From a virus (taxonomy: Duplodnaviria; Caudoviricetes), in the IMG/VR virus record IMGVR_UViG_3300031848_000927, positions 1-25,209 of that record: a stretch of DNA of 25,209 bases; one strand, 5' to 3'. This document shows positions 1 to 9,761 of the stretch, one piece after another; the stretch's first letter is position 1, and every line of letters starts with the position of its first letter. Made by a program: the position numbers and the translations under genes. Below the pieces are notes generated by a model. It was given only the letters and a program-made list of their open reading frames with translations, did not search any database and was not told where the DNA came from.

Positions 1-2
1 TA

Positions 3-428
3 GGATACGATTTATTTGACAGCATCATGAACGCTAGAGAAATACAAGCAAAGAACATTGCACTAGAATTAGTGAAACATGCTAAAGAACATAATATGAT
101 AATTGTTATTCATGGCAAAGCATACAAGCCAAATGTAGGATACTGTGATGGTAGTTACAGTTTACTAATTGGTCATTACTGCGAAGAGCAACAATTTGAA
201 CCTGTGTATGTAGATCCACTAACAGGCGACGAGTTTAATACACCAGTACCTTGTGTATTTTTATTAGCACACAGTGCAAGTACCACATACAAGTATACCG
301 GTAAAACTAGTGCAGACAAATTGTATTGCGATATACCTGATGGTAGTATAGTAGTTGATCCATGGCGCTCATATGTTAATCCAAAGTGTACAGTAATTCA
401 TTACGGGAATACTAGAAATGTTAGATAG
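3..428 (+). CDS. UDP-glucose/GDP-mannose dehydrogenase family protein, C-terminal part (5'-truncated by window)
   Basis: Frame is open from position 3 (GYDLFDSIMNARE...). IVIHGKAYKPNVGYCDGSYSL matches the GxAF/YKPxxxDxxxS motif of the C-terminal UDP-binding domain, and IVVDPWR matches the terminal xxxDxR strand. Confidence 0.8.
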   Translation, partial: GYDLFDSIMNAREIQAKNIALELVKHAKEHNMIIVIHGKAYKPNVGYCDGSYSLLIGHYCEEQQFEPVYVDPLTGDEFNTPVPCVFLLAHSASTTYKYTGKTSADKLYCDIPDGSIVVDPWRSYVNPKCTVIHYGNTRNVR

Positions 429-1545
429 ATTAGGTTACTACTTGGTAGGACAAAAAAAGTTTCATAACAAGACTCATGCACTTTTAGAAAGCAAAAAAAG
501 TGGACACAATGTTTCTTGGATATTTAATGATAGTGTCTACGGAAACATCGACTGGTCAGTTCCTGTTAATGTTCCTTTAATGGAGTTGTACAAAGCCCGT
601 GCTATTCAATTACGTAATAAGTATGATTACTTAACTTTATACTATAGTGGCGGAGCAGATAGTACAACTGTACTACATGCTTTTATAGACAACAATATTT
701 TTATAGATGAAATATTAATGTGGTTCCCGGAACCTTACGAAAAGAAAGTTAATAATAAAGATTATTCAAGTGGAAATTTTCTTAGCGAAATTAAGTTTGC
801 TGCAACCGCGCATTTGGATAAAGTTAAAAACTCGTTAGATCCTAGGACTAAAATTACAGTAAAAGACTTTGCAAAAACAGGCTTAGAGTTATTAAGTAAA
901 AAAGATAACTGGTATGAGCATGTGCCGTTAGGATTAACTCTTGGTATATCAGGAATTCTAAGGCAAATATGTCAACAAAATGATGCACATTTTCTTAGAC
1001 AGCAAGATACTGGATTGTCTACATGCTATATTATGGGTATTGACAAACCCTTGGTATATAAAGAAGGCAAAGACTACTATGCATACTTCCAAGATAACTC
1101 TGCGTATCATGTTATGAGTCCTGTTGATTTTGGCTCAAGCACAGTTAATGATCAAGTAACTACTGAATTTTTCTATTGGACACCGGACTTTCCTGAAATA
1201 GTAGTTAAGCAATCGCAATTAATAAAAGCCCTCTACGAATCAAATCCTGCAATTACACATATGGCTGAACAATCATTAACGACACACATAAGCGAATATA
1301 GAGATATTATACATGACGCAATATATCCTAGAGAATTTTGTGAGGCATTCCAAACGGAAAAGCCTAATACTCACATCAAACGTCCAATGGATGATTGGTT
1401 TTGGAAAACAGCAGATAATCGTACAAGAATGAATTATTTGGAAACTATACAATATCTAGGACAAAATACTGATTCAAAACACATGCTTAAAGATAGCATT
1501 AATTGGGGCATGTCGGCACACCTTTCTAAGTTCTACAAACTATAA
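418..1545 (+). CDS. PP-loop (adenine nucleotide alpha hydrolase / N-type ATP pyrophosphatase) superfamily protein
   Basis: 375 aa ORF with LTLYYSGGADSTTVL (SGGxDS PP-loop) and a later GIDKP motif. The specific reaction is unknown. Confidence 0.7.
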   Translation: MLDRLGYYLVGQKKFHNKTHALLESKKSGHNVSWIFNDSVYGNIDWSVPVNVPLMELYKARAIQLRNKYDYLTLYYSGGADSTTVLHAFIDNNIFIDEILMWFPEPYEKKVNNKDYSSGNFLSEIKFAATAHLDKVKNSLDPRTKITVKDFAKTGLELLSKKDNWYEHVPLGLTLGISGILRQICQQNDAHFLRQQDTGLSTCYIMGIDKPLVYKEGKDYYAYFQDNSAYHVMSPVDFGSSTVNDQVTTEFFYWTPDFPEIVVKQSQLIKALYESNPAITHMAEQSLTTHISEYRDIIHDAIYPREFCEAFQTEKPNTHIKRPMDDWFWKTADNRTRMNYLETIQYLGQNTDSKHMLKDSINWGMSAHLSKFYKL

Positions 1546-1576
1546 ACCATAACTACCTTTAATCATTAACTGCGCA

Positions 1577-1584
1577 TATAAGTA
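1577..1584 (+). promoter_or_regulatory. Putative phage late-type promoter TATAAGTA
   Basis: One mismatch to the T4 late promoter TATAAATA, in the 62-bp gap 1546-1607. It is followed by an AAGGA SD at 1597-1601 and ATG at 1608. Confidence 0.5.
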
Positions 1585-1607
1585 CTATTATATAAAAAGG
1601 ATAGTCT

Positions 1608-2063
1608 ATGATTAAATTTAATGAAGCACACAAACGTACCATTGGCAAGTCTGTGTCGTGGCGAATAATAATAACACTTGTACAAATTATTAACGGACTA
1701 ATAGTAACGGGAAGTTTAGCATTTGGTATCCAAATGGCAAGCTTAGGCGCTGCTGTAAACATAGTCCTATATTGGGTTCATGAAAGAGTATGGAACAAGA
1801 TACAGTGGAGCAGAGAACAAAAAGGCTCAACTTATAATGAAAAATGGTATAGAAGCATTAGTAAAGACTTATCGTGGAGAGTTATTATTACTTTTAACAA
1901 CTTTTGGATGCCGTGGGTATTAACAGGAAGTTGGAAAGTAGGACTTTCGTTCTTAGGTGTAGCAACAATTGTTAACATGTTTATATACTGGTCACATGAA
2001 AGACTTTGGAATATTGCATCATTTGGTAAGCAAGTATTAGACGTAGATGATATCAAAGAGTGA
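1608..2063 (+). CDS. DUF2061-type small membrane protein with two tandem domains
   Basis: Two repeats, KRTIGKSVSWRII...YWVHERVWNKI and YRSISKDLSWRVI...YWSHERLWNIA, match the DUF2061 K-x-x-x-WR...Y-x-x-HER-x-W pattern. Hydrophobic segments lie between them, and there is a good SD. Confidence 0.75.
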   Translation: MIKFNEAHKRTIGKSVSWRIIITLVQIINGLIVTGSLAFGIQMASLGAAVNIVLYWVHERVWNKIQWSREQKGSTYNEKWYRSISKDLSWRVIITFNNFWMPWVLTGSWKVGLSFLGVATIVNMFIYWSHERLWNIASFGKQVLDVDDIKE

Positions 2064-2706
2064 CAGCCTTGCTATACTTATAGATTGCTGGAATAGACCT
2101 ACTAACCCACTGCAATCAATATCTTCTAAAGATATAAGACATAATATATTATCTTTTATAGATAAAGCTTGTATTGATACTGTAGTACTATCGTCTTACT
2201 CTTGTCCTATTGACCAGGCGGCACAAAATATTTGGAATGATAATTATCATAAATTTTTTAATTCCTCACATGTGCCGCCTGATATCTTTGAATTATATCA
2301 ATCTCAACTAGATAAACTATTGAAAATATTACTATTAAAGAGTTTAGAAGAGCAACCGCCAATAGAGCATACACATCGTGATATATTAAGATATTATAAT
2401 AAAACAAAATTCCAAATATCTATGTTACAGAGATGGGAATTAGAATATTATCTTAAAGCAAATCCAAAAATAAAAAATATATATGTATTTGGCGCAGCAT
2501 GGGAAATTTGTGTTAAAGACAGACCCTTAGGATATATGTCGTTAAGTAAAATTCATGGAGTTAACATTCTAACAGATACTATGTGTGTTAAAACTTTAGA
2601 AAGTAACAAGTATCTAGATTTAAGTTTAGACAAAAATTGGATCCATGTAAAAGATACAACTTACAAATTTATTGGAGAAGATACAACCAATGTATTGGAA
2701 AAATGA
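2047..2706 (+). CDS. Cysteine hydrolase (isochorismatase/nicotinamidase-like) fold protein
   Basis: N-terminal LAILIDCW (catalytic Asp strand) and IKNIYVFGAAWEICV (resembles GxxTxxCV with the catalytic Cys). Confidence 0.5.
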   Translation: MISKSDSLAILIDCWNRPTNPLQSISSKDIRHNILSFIDKACIDTVVLSSYSCPIDQAAQNIWNDNYHKFFNSSHVPPDIFELYQSQLDKLLKILLLKSLEEQPPIEHTHRDILRYYNKTKFQISMLQRWELEYYLKANPKIKNIYVFGAAWEICVKDRPLGYMSLSKIHGVNILTDTMCVKTLESNKYLDLSLDKNWIHVKDTTYKFIGEDTTNVLEK

Positions 2707-3601
2707 TTGGCTCAGTTATCATTATGACCGTCTAGGAGTTGCAAAAACTAGAACAACAGATGCGAGCGAATGGTGGAAACTACGTATTAAGAAAACTATT
2801 TCTAGGCCAGTTAAGTCTTATCACGAAGAGTTATTACTTAATGCACACGCAGTTAAGGATGCATTTAATGAGCCGCTTGACTTACTATTGTCGGGCGGCT
2901 TAGATAGTGAACTAGTACTTCGTAGTTACGTAGAAGCAAAAATTCCTATAAACGTTTTCATTGCAAAATACAACGATGATATTAATGCAGTTGATTTTCA
3001 CGAAGCACTTAAAACTTGTCAAATTTACAATGTCACTCCTACTATTATAGATTGCAATTTAAAAACGTTTTTAGAAAATGATGCACACGACATGTGGAAT
3101 CGAGGATACTTTGCCTCTGCTGGTTATATGGTTATGCCCAAGATTATAGAAAGTCTTGATAACATACCGATAATATGCGATGGTATTAATGCAGATAATT
3201 TTAGACAGGTTAGTAAGACACAATTTAATATAGTTATATATGAAAAGCACTTTTCTACAGCAGTCCACGGCAACACAATTAATAGACCTCTTATTTCTAG
3301 TTGGTATGATTATTCTCCAGAGCTAACGGCAGCATTCTTAGATCTAAATTTACACAAATGGAAAAAACATAAATTAATAACTCCACCTTTTAATAACGCT
3401 AGGCTTCATAAACTAAAATATCTTAATAGTAATAAACTCTTTGGAACAAGGATACGCAAAAAACAATCAGGATGGGGATCAGGATTGCCTGATAAATCTT
3501 TAGTTTCGTATATGGAAGAATTTAATAAACGCAATACGAGTAATACTGTTGACGGAATAGAAGTAGAATTTCCTTATAATACTTTTAGAAGTATGTTATG
3601 A
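2690..3601 (+). CDS. PP-loop ATPase (asparagine synthase C-terminal-like domain)
   Basis: DLLLSGGLDSELVL motif. ATG at 2690 with upstream GGAG is preferred over the TTG at 2672. Confidence 0.65.
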   Translation: MYWKNDWLSYHYDRLGVAKTRTTDASEWWKLRIKKTISRPVKSYHEELLLNAHAVKDAFNEPLDLLLSGGLDSELVLRSYVEAKIPINVFIAKYNDDINAVDFHEALKTCQIYNVTPTIIDCNLKTFLENDAHDMWNRGYFASAGYMVMPKIIESLDNIPIICDGINADNFRQVSKTQFNIVIYEKHFSTAVHGNTINRPLISSWYDYSPELTAAFLDLNLHKWKKHKLITPPFNNARLHKLKYLNSNKLFGTRIRKKQSGWGSGLPDKSLVSYMEEFNKRNTSNTVDGIEVEFPYNTFRSML

Positions 3602-4752
3602 GTGTAATAAAACGCCCTCCAGGAGATCAATTTACTTTTAGAGCATTTGTTAGTTTAAGTGCAAAAATACAGATTCCACATGACAAAATTTATATTTGGG
3701 CATCTTCTCTCAGTCTATATTACGAACATAAAGAGTTGAACGAAAGTGGTAAATGGGAATGTTATACATCGTCTAATTATAGAAAGCAACTAGTTGACAA
3801 TATAAAATCAGATTTAGTTGTTATTGGATTAAAAGATCATTTGACTTCTATTAACTTTACTAACAACGACACTGTACCTGACATAGCTGAATATCTTATT
3901 AATCTATTTAATGAATATAGTGATAAAACATTTATTCTACTAACATCAGTAGAAGGACTTGACGCTTATATTAAAAACCCTAATGTTAGTATAATTCCAT
4001 GGGGAGGAGATATAACAAATCATCAAAGAGAATATCAAACATTAGATCCTATACTAGATAAAAATTTAGATAGTAATTACTGTTATTTAAGTTTAAACAG
4101 ACAGCCTAGAAATCATAGGGCAATGTTAGTGTCTTTACTTTACGAACTTGATATACAGTATACTGGGTTAATATCTTGCATGTTTAAAGAATCAATAACT
4201 AAAATAGTTAAAAATATTGACTGGGACGTATCTGAATATTATGAAGAAGGTAGTATAAAAGTACAAACCCAAGGAACTAACATTAATGATGATTTCAAAA
4301 TCTACAAGACGCATAACAATAACCCAGAAAATTTTAAAAACTGTTTAGCTGAATATTACAAACAAACATTTGTTGAAATTGTAAGTGAAACTAGTTTCAC
4401 AGAAGAGTGCTTTAATCTTACTGAAAAAACATTAAACAGCATTTACGGTGCATGTTTTCCAATATTAATATGTAGCAAACACAGTGTAAAGTTCTTGAGA
4501 GAAATGGGATTAGATATGTTTGATGATGTAGTCGATCATAGTTACGATAATATAAGCGACCCTGCTGAACGATTAGAAGCTGCAATCATAGACAACATTA
4601 CATTATTAACTGATACTGCCTATACCAAAGACCTTTGGGTTAAAAACAAACATCGTTTTGAAAAAAACATTGACTTTTGCAAAGAAAGAATGTATAATTA
4701 TTATAGCTCGAGGTCTAAAGCCATGATGGATAAGATAATACATGAATTATAA
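3598..4752 (+). CDS. Hypothetical protein, possible GT-B type glycosyltransferase
   Basis: 384 aa, ATGA-coupled. LSLNRQPRNHR and FVEIVSET...LTEKT...PILI resemble the C-terminal 'E...TEK' donor-binding region of GT10/exostosin-like enzymes. Confidence 0.4.
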   Translation: MSVIKRPPGDQFTFRAFVSLSAKIQIPHDKIYIWASSLSLYYEHKELNESGKWECYTSSNYRKQLVDNIKSDLVVIGLKDHLTSINFTNNDTVPDIAEYLINLFNEYSDKTFILLTSVEGLDAYIKNPNVSIIPWGGDITNHQREYQTLDPILDKNLDSNYCYLSLNRQPRNHRAMLVSLLYELDIQYTGLISCMFKESITKIVKNIDWDVSEYYEEGSIKVQTQGTNINDDFKIYKTHNNNPENFKNCLAEYYKQTFVEIVSETSFTEECFNLTEKTLNSIYGACFPILICSKHSVKFLREMGLDMFDDVVDHSYDNISDPAERLEAAIIDNITLLTDTAYTKDLWVKNKHRFEKNIDFCKERMYNYYSSRSKAMMDKIIHEL

Positions 4753-5353
4753 CACTGATAGTTCTTTTTTTACAGTTATATTACCAATACGTACTCCACT
4801 AAAATATTGGGACATATACAAATGGGCTGAAAAAGATACTAATGCAATATTTAGATTCATCCGCGATTTTGAAATTGAGGAAGACAGATTAACACTTAAA
4901 GACGTTAATGAAATGTATCCTGGAGTTAAAGTTGTTGGTGCTGTAACAAATCCATGGGCTAGAGCACTTTGGGCATATAATATGACAATAGACCCTCCGG
5001 AAGGATATCCAGGAGTTGCTGAAGTTTCGAAGCATTTTAAAAATATAGACTTTAGCTCGTTTGACGCATATTTAAATAGTATAGAACAGTGTGAGATGAT
5101 TGATGCTAAGACGCATCCTACTACTCAGCAATCAACATGGCTTAGTTACGATAATAATCAAGCTGACTATATACTTCGGGTAGAGAATTTAAATGAAGAC
5201 TTTAAATTATTGCAACATTATTTTGAATCTGACATATCGTTAGATGTAGACGATTTTGTAATTGATTATAAACAGCATTATACACCAACAACTAGGAACA
5301 TTATTGAAAAATATTTTAAAGAAGATATTGAATTATACGGGTATGAGTTTTAA
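4742..5353 (+). CDS. Sulfotransferase family 2-like protein (degenerate PAPS motifs)
   Basis: VTNPWARALWAY (cf. RNPxxRxxSxY), DYILRVENLNEDF, and the C-terminal YKQHYT...IEKYFKEDIELYGYEF typical of Sulfotransfer_2 proteins. Confidence 0.6.
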   Translation: MNYNTDSSFFTVILPIRTPLKYWDIYKWAEKDTNAIFRFIRDFEIEEDRLTLKDVNEMYPGVKVVGAVTNPWARALWAYNMTIDPPEGYPGVAEVSKHFKNIDFSSFDAYLNSIEQCEMIDAKTHPTTQQSTWLSYDNNQADYILRVENLNEDFKLLQHYFESDISLDVDDFVIDYKQHYTPTTRNIIEKYFKEDIELYGYEF

Positions 5354-6030
5354 TGTATGATATTGTATTCATAAGTTATGATGAATCTAGTGCAGATGCC
5401 AATTATGCTGCCCTTAAGGCTAGATTTCCTATGGCCAAACGGGTGCATGGTGTTAAAGGAATACACCAAGCACATATTAAAGCAGCAAAGAAATGCTTTA
5501 CTAAGATGTTTTGGATTGTAGACGCCGATGCAATAATCTTAGATGATTTTAACTTTAATCATGTTGTTCCGTCCCATCAGTTGGACCATGTACATGTATG
5601 GCGTAGTATTAATCCAATTAATGATTTAGTGTACGGCTACGGAGGAGTAAAGTTATTTCCCCGTCAGATGACAATCGATATGGATATAAGTAAAACTGAC
5701 ATGTCTACAAGTATTAGTTCAAAATTTATTGCTGTAGAAGAAACTGCAAACATTACAGCATTTAACATTGATGCATTTAGTACATGGCGCAGTGCATTCA
5801 GGGAATGTGTTAAGTTAAGTAGTAAAACAATTACGAGGCAAAATAATGAAGAAACCGAAGATAGACTTATGTCTTGGTGTACAAAAGGCAGTGAGAGACG
5901 CTGTGGTAGTTTCGCTATTGCTGGTGCTATTGCTGGCAGGGAGTTTGGGTTATCTATTATGGCTAGCGATATTAGCCTTATAAATAACTTTGAATGGTTA
6001 CAGGAGAGGTTTGATGCAACTTGTAAGTGA
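5353..6030 (+). CDS. GT-A fold glycosyltransferase-like protein
   Basis: N-terminal DIVFISYDE strand, GIHQAH, and a WIVDADA DxD motif. Confidence 0.6.
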   Translation: MYDIVFISYDESSADANYAALKARFPMAKRVHGVKGIHQAHIKAAKKCFTKMFWIVDADAIILDDFNFNHVVPSHQLDHVHVWRSINPINDLVYGYGGVKLFPRQMTIDMDISKTDMSTSISSKFIAVEETANITAFNIDAFSTWRSAFRECVKLSSKTITRQNNEETEDRLMSWCTKGSERRCGSFAIAGAIAGREFGLSIMASDISLINNFEWLQERFDATCK

Positions 6031-7060
6031 CATTAAAACAGTACACATTGAACTAACTGATAAATGCCAAGCACAGTGCCCAATGTGTGCCAGAAACAGT
6101 CACGGCGGAGCCACTCGACCGTTTATTCGTAATGGCGATATAAGTATTGCACAATTTAAAGATTGGTTCCCTAAACAGTTTTTAGCGCAGTTGAATAACT
6201 TTTACAGTTGTGGTAATTATGGCGATCCAGCATTTGCAAAAGACTGCTTAGAAATATATTCTTATGTACGTGAATGTAATCCTACAGTTCGGCTAGGAAT
6301 ACATACTAACGGCGGTATGCGTAATCCTACATGGTGGGCAAAACTAGCACAGCATAATATTGATGTTGCGTTTGCTGTTGATGGGTTTAAAGGCAAACAC
6401 GAATTATACCGTAAGAATACAAAATTTGATAAGGTAATCGAAAACTTAAGAGCATTCTGCGATGCAGGAGGCATTGCCCGTGTTGATAGCTTAGTGTTTG
6501 AACACAACGAACACGAAGTAGATGAATTAGAAAGTTATCTACTATCATTAGGTGTACAAGAAGTAAACTTTGTAAGTACTACACGATTTTACGAAATGAA
6601 AGAGTTTGAAGTACACGATAATAATGGTAATGTAGAATACACTATTGCACCTGCACAAACAGAACGGTTTAAAAAAACTCCTAATAATAGTTTAAATGCA
6701 CTTGTAGACCCGTCGGTACGTAACGCAGCAGTCGAATCAGCAATAATTGCGCCTAAATGCGTAACTGAGAAAGGTGTTTATGTAGATCCTTATGGTAATA
6801 TATTTCCCTGCTGTTGGATAGGCGGTGAATATATTGAACAACCAGTGGAAGAAAAATTACCAATTCACTATCTTAGAAATTTAAGTGTAGACAACACAAA
6901 GACTATATTAAAAACTGTAGGCGTGCCTAACTGCCACGATGATGTCTTAAACACTAACGAAAATTTATTTAAAAAAATGCCAGACTTTTGGCAAGGAAAG
7001 AATAAATGCCTAACTTGTGTTAAAGTATGCTCTAAAGCGTTATACGATAGTAGAACATGA
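6014..7060 (+). CDS. Radical SAM protein with C-terminal SPASM/twitch-like Cys domain
   Basis: CQAQCPMC (CxxxCxxC), CGNYGDP in place of GGEP, HTNG, and C-terminal C...YVDPYGNIFPCC...CVKVC. ATG at 6014 follows a strong SD (AGGAGAGG, 6002-6009). Confidence 0.9.
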   Translation: MQLVSDIKTVHIELTDKCQAQCPMCARNSHGGATRPFIRNGDISIAQFKDWFPKQFLAQLNNFYSCGNYGDPAFAKDCLEIYSYVRECNPTVRLGIHTNGGMRNPTWWAKLAQHNIDVAFAVDGFKGKHELYRKNTKFDKVIENLRAFCDAGGIARVDSLVFEHNEHEVDELESYLLSLGVQEVNFVSTTRFYEMKEFEVHDNNGNVEYTIAPAQTERFKKTPNNSLNALVDPSVRNAAVESAIIAPKCVTEKGVYVDPYGNIFPCCWIGGEYIEQPVEEKLPIHYLRNLSVDNTKTILKTVGVPNCHDDVLNTNENLFKKMPDFWQGKNKCLTCVKVCSKALYDSRT

Positions 7061-8061
7061 GTAACTTTCAAAACATACCATTTGACGACATAACAAGTTT
7101 TGGCCAGAAGACTTTGCTAAACACTAACCTGTTTACTGTGTCATGGATCCTTGCTAGATTTTGTAATTACAATTGTAGCTATTGTTGGCCTTATGCTAGA
7201 AGTAGTACGCCTGACCACCAAGATTTAGCAGTATACACCGATACAATTGATAATATTAAGTTACAAGCCCGTGCAAATGGATTTACTGACTTCCACTTTA
7301 GCTTTAGCGGCGGCGAGCCCACTGCATATAAATACTTTGGGAAGGTTATAGACCATTACTGTAGTGATACAGCTCCTGAGTACCAGAGTATCCACATGAC
7401 GACTAATCTAAGCCCGGGAAGCAAGTGGTGGAGCAAATGGTTAGAAACTACAAGCAGTCTGCAACGTAGGAGTATTACTGCAAGCTATCACGCAGAGTTT
7501 GCAAATGAACAGGAGTTTGGAGATAAGTGTCTTCAATTAATGAATAATAATGTATATATTACGATTAATCAAGTTATGGTTCCAGAAATGTTTGAAGAGC
7601 TTTACGAGCGCCTACAGCGATTTGCCGCCAGAGGTATTAATGTCACTGTCAAGCCCCAATCCGATCCTACCGCCTCCCGTGTGGTATCCGGGTATACTGA
7701 AGAACAACTCGACTTGTTGCAAACAGGATTCCCCCAACGAATCCCAGACGAATTCAAAAAAATAATACCGTTGTTACAAGTAGAATTACAAGACAAAGCA
7801 GGAAATAAGTACTACGTAGACCAAGCTGAACGATTTAATGCGTTTGGATTCAATAAGTTCAAAGGCTGGAGTTGTAATGCAGGATACCAAGGATGTGTCA
7901 TACGAGAGAATGAAGTTAAGCGCAGCTACAGTTGTCACGATCAACCCTTAGGCACGTTAGACGGCGGCTTTGAGCTATTTAAAGCACCGCGTAAGTGTAT
8001 TACTCCTACTTGTGTAAGCAGTGCTGACAGCAAGATACCAAAGGTAAAGTATGAAAGTTGA
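7057..8061 (+). CDS. Radical SAM protein with C-terminal Cys-rich (twitch-like) domain
   Basis: CNYNCSYC, SGGEPT, TTN, and C-terminal GWSCNAG...SC...C...C. ATGA overlap with the upstream gene. Confidence 0.9.
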   Translation: MSNFQNIPFDDITSFGQKTLLNTNLFTVSWILARFCNYNCSYCWPYARSSTPDHQDLAVYTDTIDNIKLQARANGFTDFHFSFSGGEPTAYKYFGKVIDHYCSDTAPEYQSIHMTTNLSPGSKWWSKWLETTSSLQRRSITASYHAEFANEQEFGDKCLQLMNNNVYITINQVMVPEMFEELYERLQRFAARGINVTVKPQSDPTASRVVSGYTEEQLDLLQTGFPQRIPDEFKKIIPLLQVELQDKAGNKYYVDQAERFNAFGFNKFKGWSCNAGYQGCVIRENEVKRSYSCHDQPLGTLDGGFELFKAPRKCITPTCVSSADSKIPKVKYES

Positions 8062-8656
8062 AATACAAGATGTGTTATTCTGGATGGATGCTATTCGTAA
8101 TAGTGAAGATCGCTATCGTACATTAGAAAGCTTTTGGAAAGGACAAGTCAACAGTAAAGTTTGGCTTATTGAACAATTAACTAAAGTGTATAAAGCGCAT
8201 TATAGTAAATCTAATATAGTAATTTTTGGTGGCTGGAACGGAGTACTATCAAACCTACTATTTAATAGTGATATGTCCATTAGGCACATTACAAGTGTAG
8301 ATATAGACCCTGCATGTGAAGAAACAGCGTGTACCGTAAACAAGCGTCAGGAAATAGAAGGACGGTTTACCGCAGTAACAGCAGATATGTGTGACTACGC
8401 ATCTCCTGCAAATATTATTATTAACACAAGCTGTGAACACGTTACGCAAGAACAATACGAACAGTGGTTAAGTAATCAACCAGACGATGCAGTATTTGTA
8501 ATACAGAGTAATAACTATTTTGACTTGCCCGAACATATACGTTGTGCAACACACGCGGATGACTTTATGCGTATGAGTAAAATTAAACCGCTATGGCGAG
8601 GTGAATTTGAAACTCCTAAGTATACACGCTATATGATTATTGGAAAAAAGAAATGA
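8051..8656 (+). CDS. Class I SAM-dependent methyltransferase-like protein
   Basis: IVIFGGWNG (motif I), SVDIDP (acidic motif II), TADM, INTSCEH. Confidence 0.7.
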   Translation: MKVEIQDVLFWMDAIRNSEDRYRTLESFWKGQVNSKVWLIEQLTKVYKAHYSKSNIVIFGGWNGVLSNLLFNSDMSIRHITSVDIDPACEETACTVNKRQEIEGRFTAVTADMCDYASPANIIINTSCEHVTQEQYEQWLSNQPDDAVFVIQSNNYFDLPEHIRCATHADDFMRMSKIKPLWRGEFETPKYTRYMIIGKKK

Positions 8657-9510
8657 AGCCTACTTTACAATATTCAGAATTAAACATTACAAATGTATGT
8701 AACTATAGTTGTACACACTGTCAGAGTTTTAATAATTATGCTTTCAAAGGACACCAGCGTTGGGACGACTATAAAGATGAGTACGAACTATTAAGCAAAC
8801 AAATTGACATTGACATAATACAACTTATCGGCGGAGAACCTACACTTAATCCTGATTTTTACAAATGGCTCGAAGGTACATCTAATTTATGGCCGAAGTC
8901 TCAGTTGCAAATTGCTACTAACGGAACGGCCCTTGATAAAATAACAGATGATGTTTATAACATTTTAGCAAGGAACAATAGTACGCTTTGGATAACATGC
9001 CATGATATAAAACTATATGATAGTTTTTTAGACTTTATTAAAACATTCCTCGACGTAATTGTATCTGATACTGGCGAAGCGCCTGTCCGTAGGGTATCTA
9101 GGATATTTATTGATAACAACGGAGTTGAAGTAATACTTGATTGGACGCAAACATTTAGATCCAGTGCTGTAGACTTAGTTAACAATCAGCTAACTATGAA
9201 GTACGATAGTGATCCAGATGCTTCACATAAAAATTGTGGATTTAAAACTTGTCATCAAATGAACAAGGGCAAATTATACAAATGTCCATTAGTAAGTGTA
9301 CTACCAGACTTTTTAGATCAATTTAATGTTGCAATTGCGGATAAAGAGTTAGCACATGCATATCAACCAATGTCGCACGATGACGATGTTGCAAAGTTTG
9401 TGGACGAGTTAATTAATCCTATACCGCAGTGCAAATTTTGCCCTAGTAACTATAATACAGGACACGACTTTATCGGTACTGATAAAAAAATTAAAGTAAA
9501 TTTATTATGA
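8653..9510 (+). CDS. Radical SAM protein
   Basis: CNYSCTHC, IGGEPTL, ATNG, and C-terminal C...C...GKLYKC...CKFC. Confidence 0.9.
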   Translation: MKPTLQYSELNITNVCNYSCTHCQSFNNYAFKGHQRWDDYKDEYELLSKQIDIDIIQLIGGEPTLNPDFYKWLEGTSNLWPKSQLQIATNGTALDKITDDVYNILARNNSTLWITCHDIKLYDSFLDFIKTFLDVIVSDTGEAPVRRVSRIFIDNNGVEVILDWTQTFRSSAVDLVNNQLTMKYDSDPDASHKNCGFKTCHQMNKGKLYKCPLVSVLPDFLDQFNVAIADKELAHAYQPMSHDDDVAKFVDELINPIPQCKFCPSNYNTGHDFIGTDKKIKVNLL

Positions 9511-9761
9511 TTAATTTACAAGCAGCATGGAAGTTAGTAGAGACTTTAAATGACCAAGCTAACCAACAAACTAGTTGGGAAGATATTGACCAGGCTATTT
9601 TAACGCAATCGCAGTATTTTAAAGATAGTGTTGAGCAGTTAGATAATGATAGTCAGCTTGCAATTAAATATTGGTTGCAACAGGATGCAGAGTTTTATGA
9701 CTATTTTAATTGTTTATCTAATAATATGATTATGGATTTCGTCGGCAAAGACTATATGTGA
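9507..9761 (+). CDS. Hypothetical acidic protein (84 aa)
   Basis: ATGA-coupled to the upstream radical SAM gene and last gene of the plus-strand block. No recognisable motif. Confidence 0.6.
   Translation: MINLQAAWKLVETLNDQANQQTSWEDIDQAILTQSQYFKDSVEQLDNDSQLAIKYWLQQDAEFYDYFNCLSNNMIMDFVGKDYM

Noticed and set aside
5914-5936. Tandem repeat GCTATTGCTGG x2
   Set aside because: In-frame AIAG-AIAG within a CDS, only two copies, with no sign of phase variation.
1-6030. Ordinary bacterial capsule/O-antigen locus
   Set aside because: There is no wzx/wzy/ABC exporter or initiating transferase in the window, and the sugar genes are interleaved with many rSAM and oxygenase genes. This cannot be fully excluded without the flanks.
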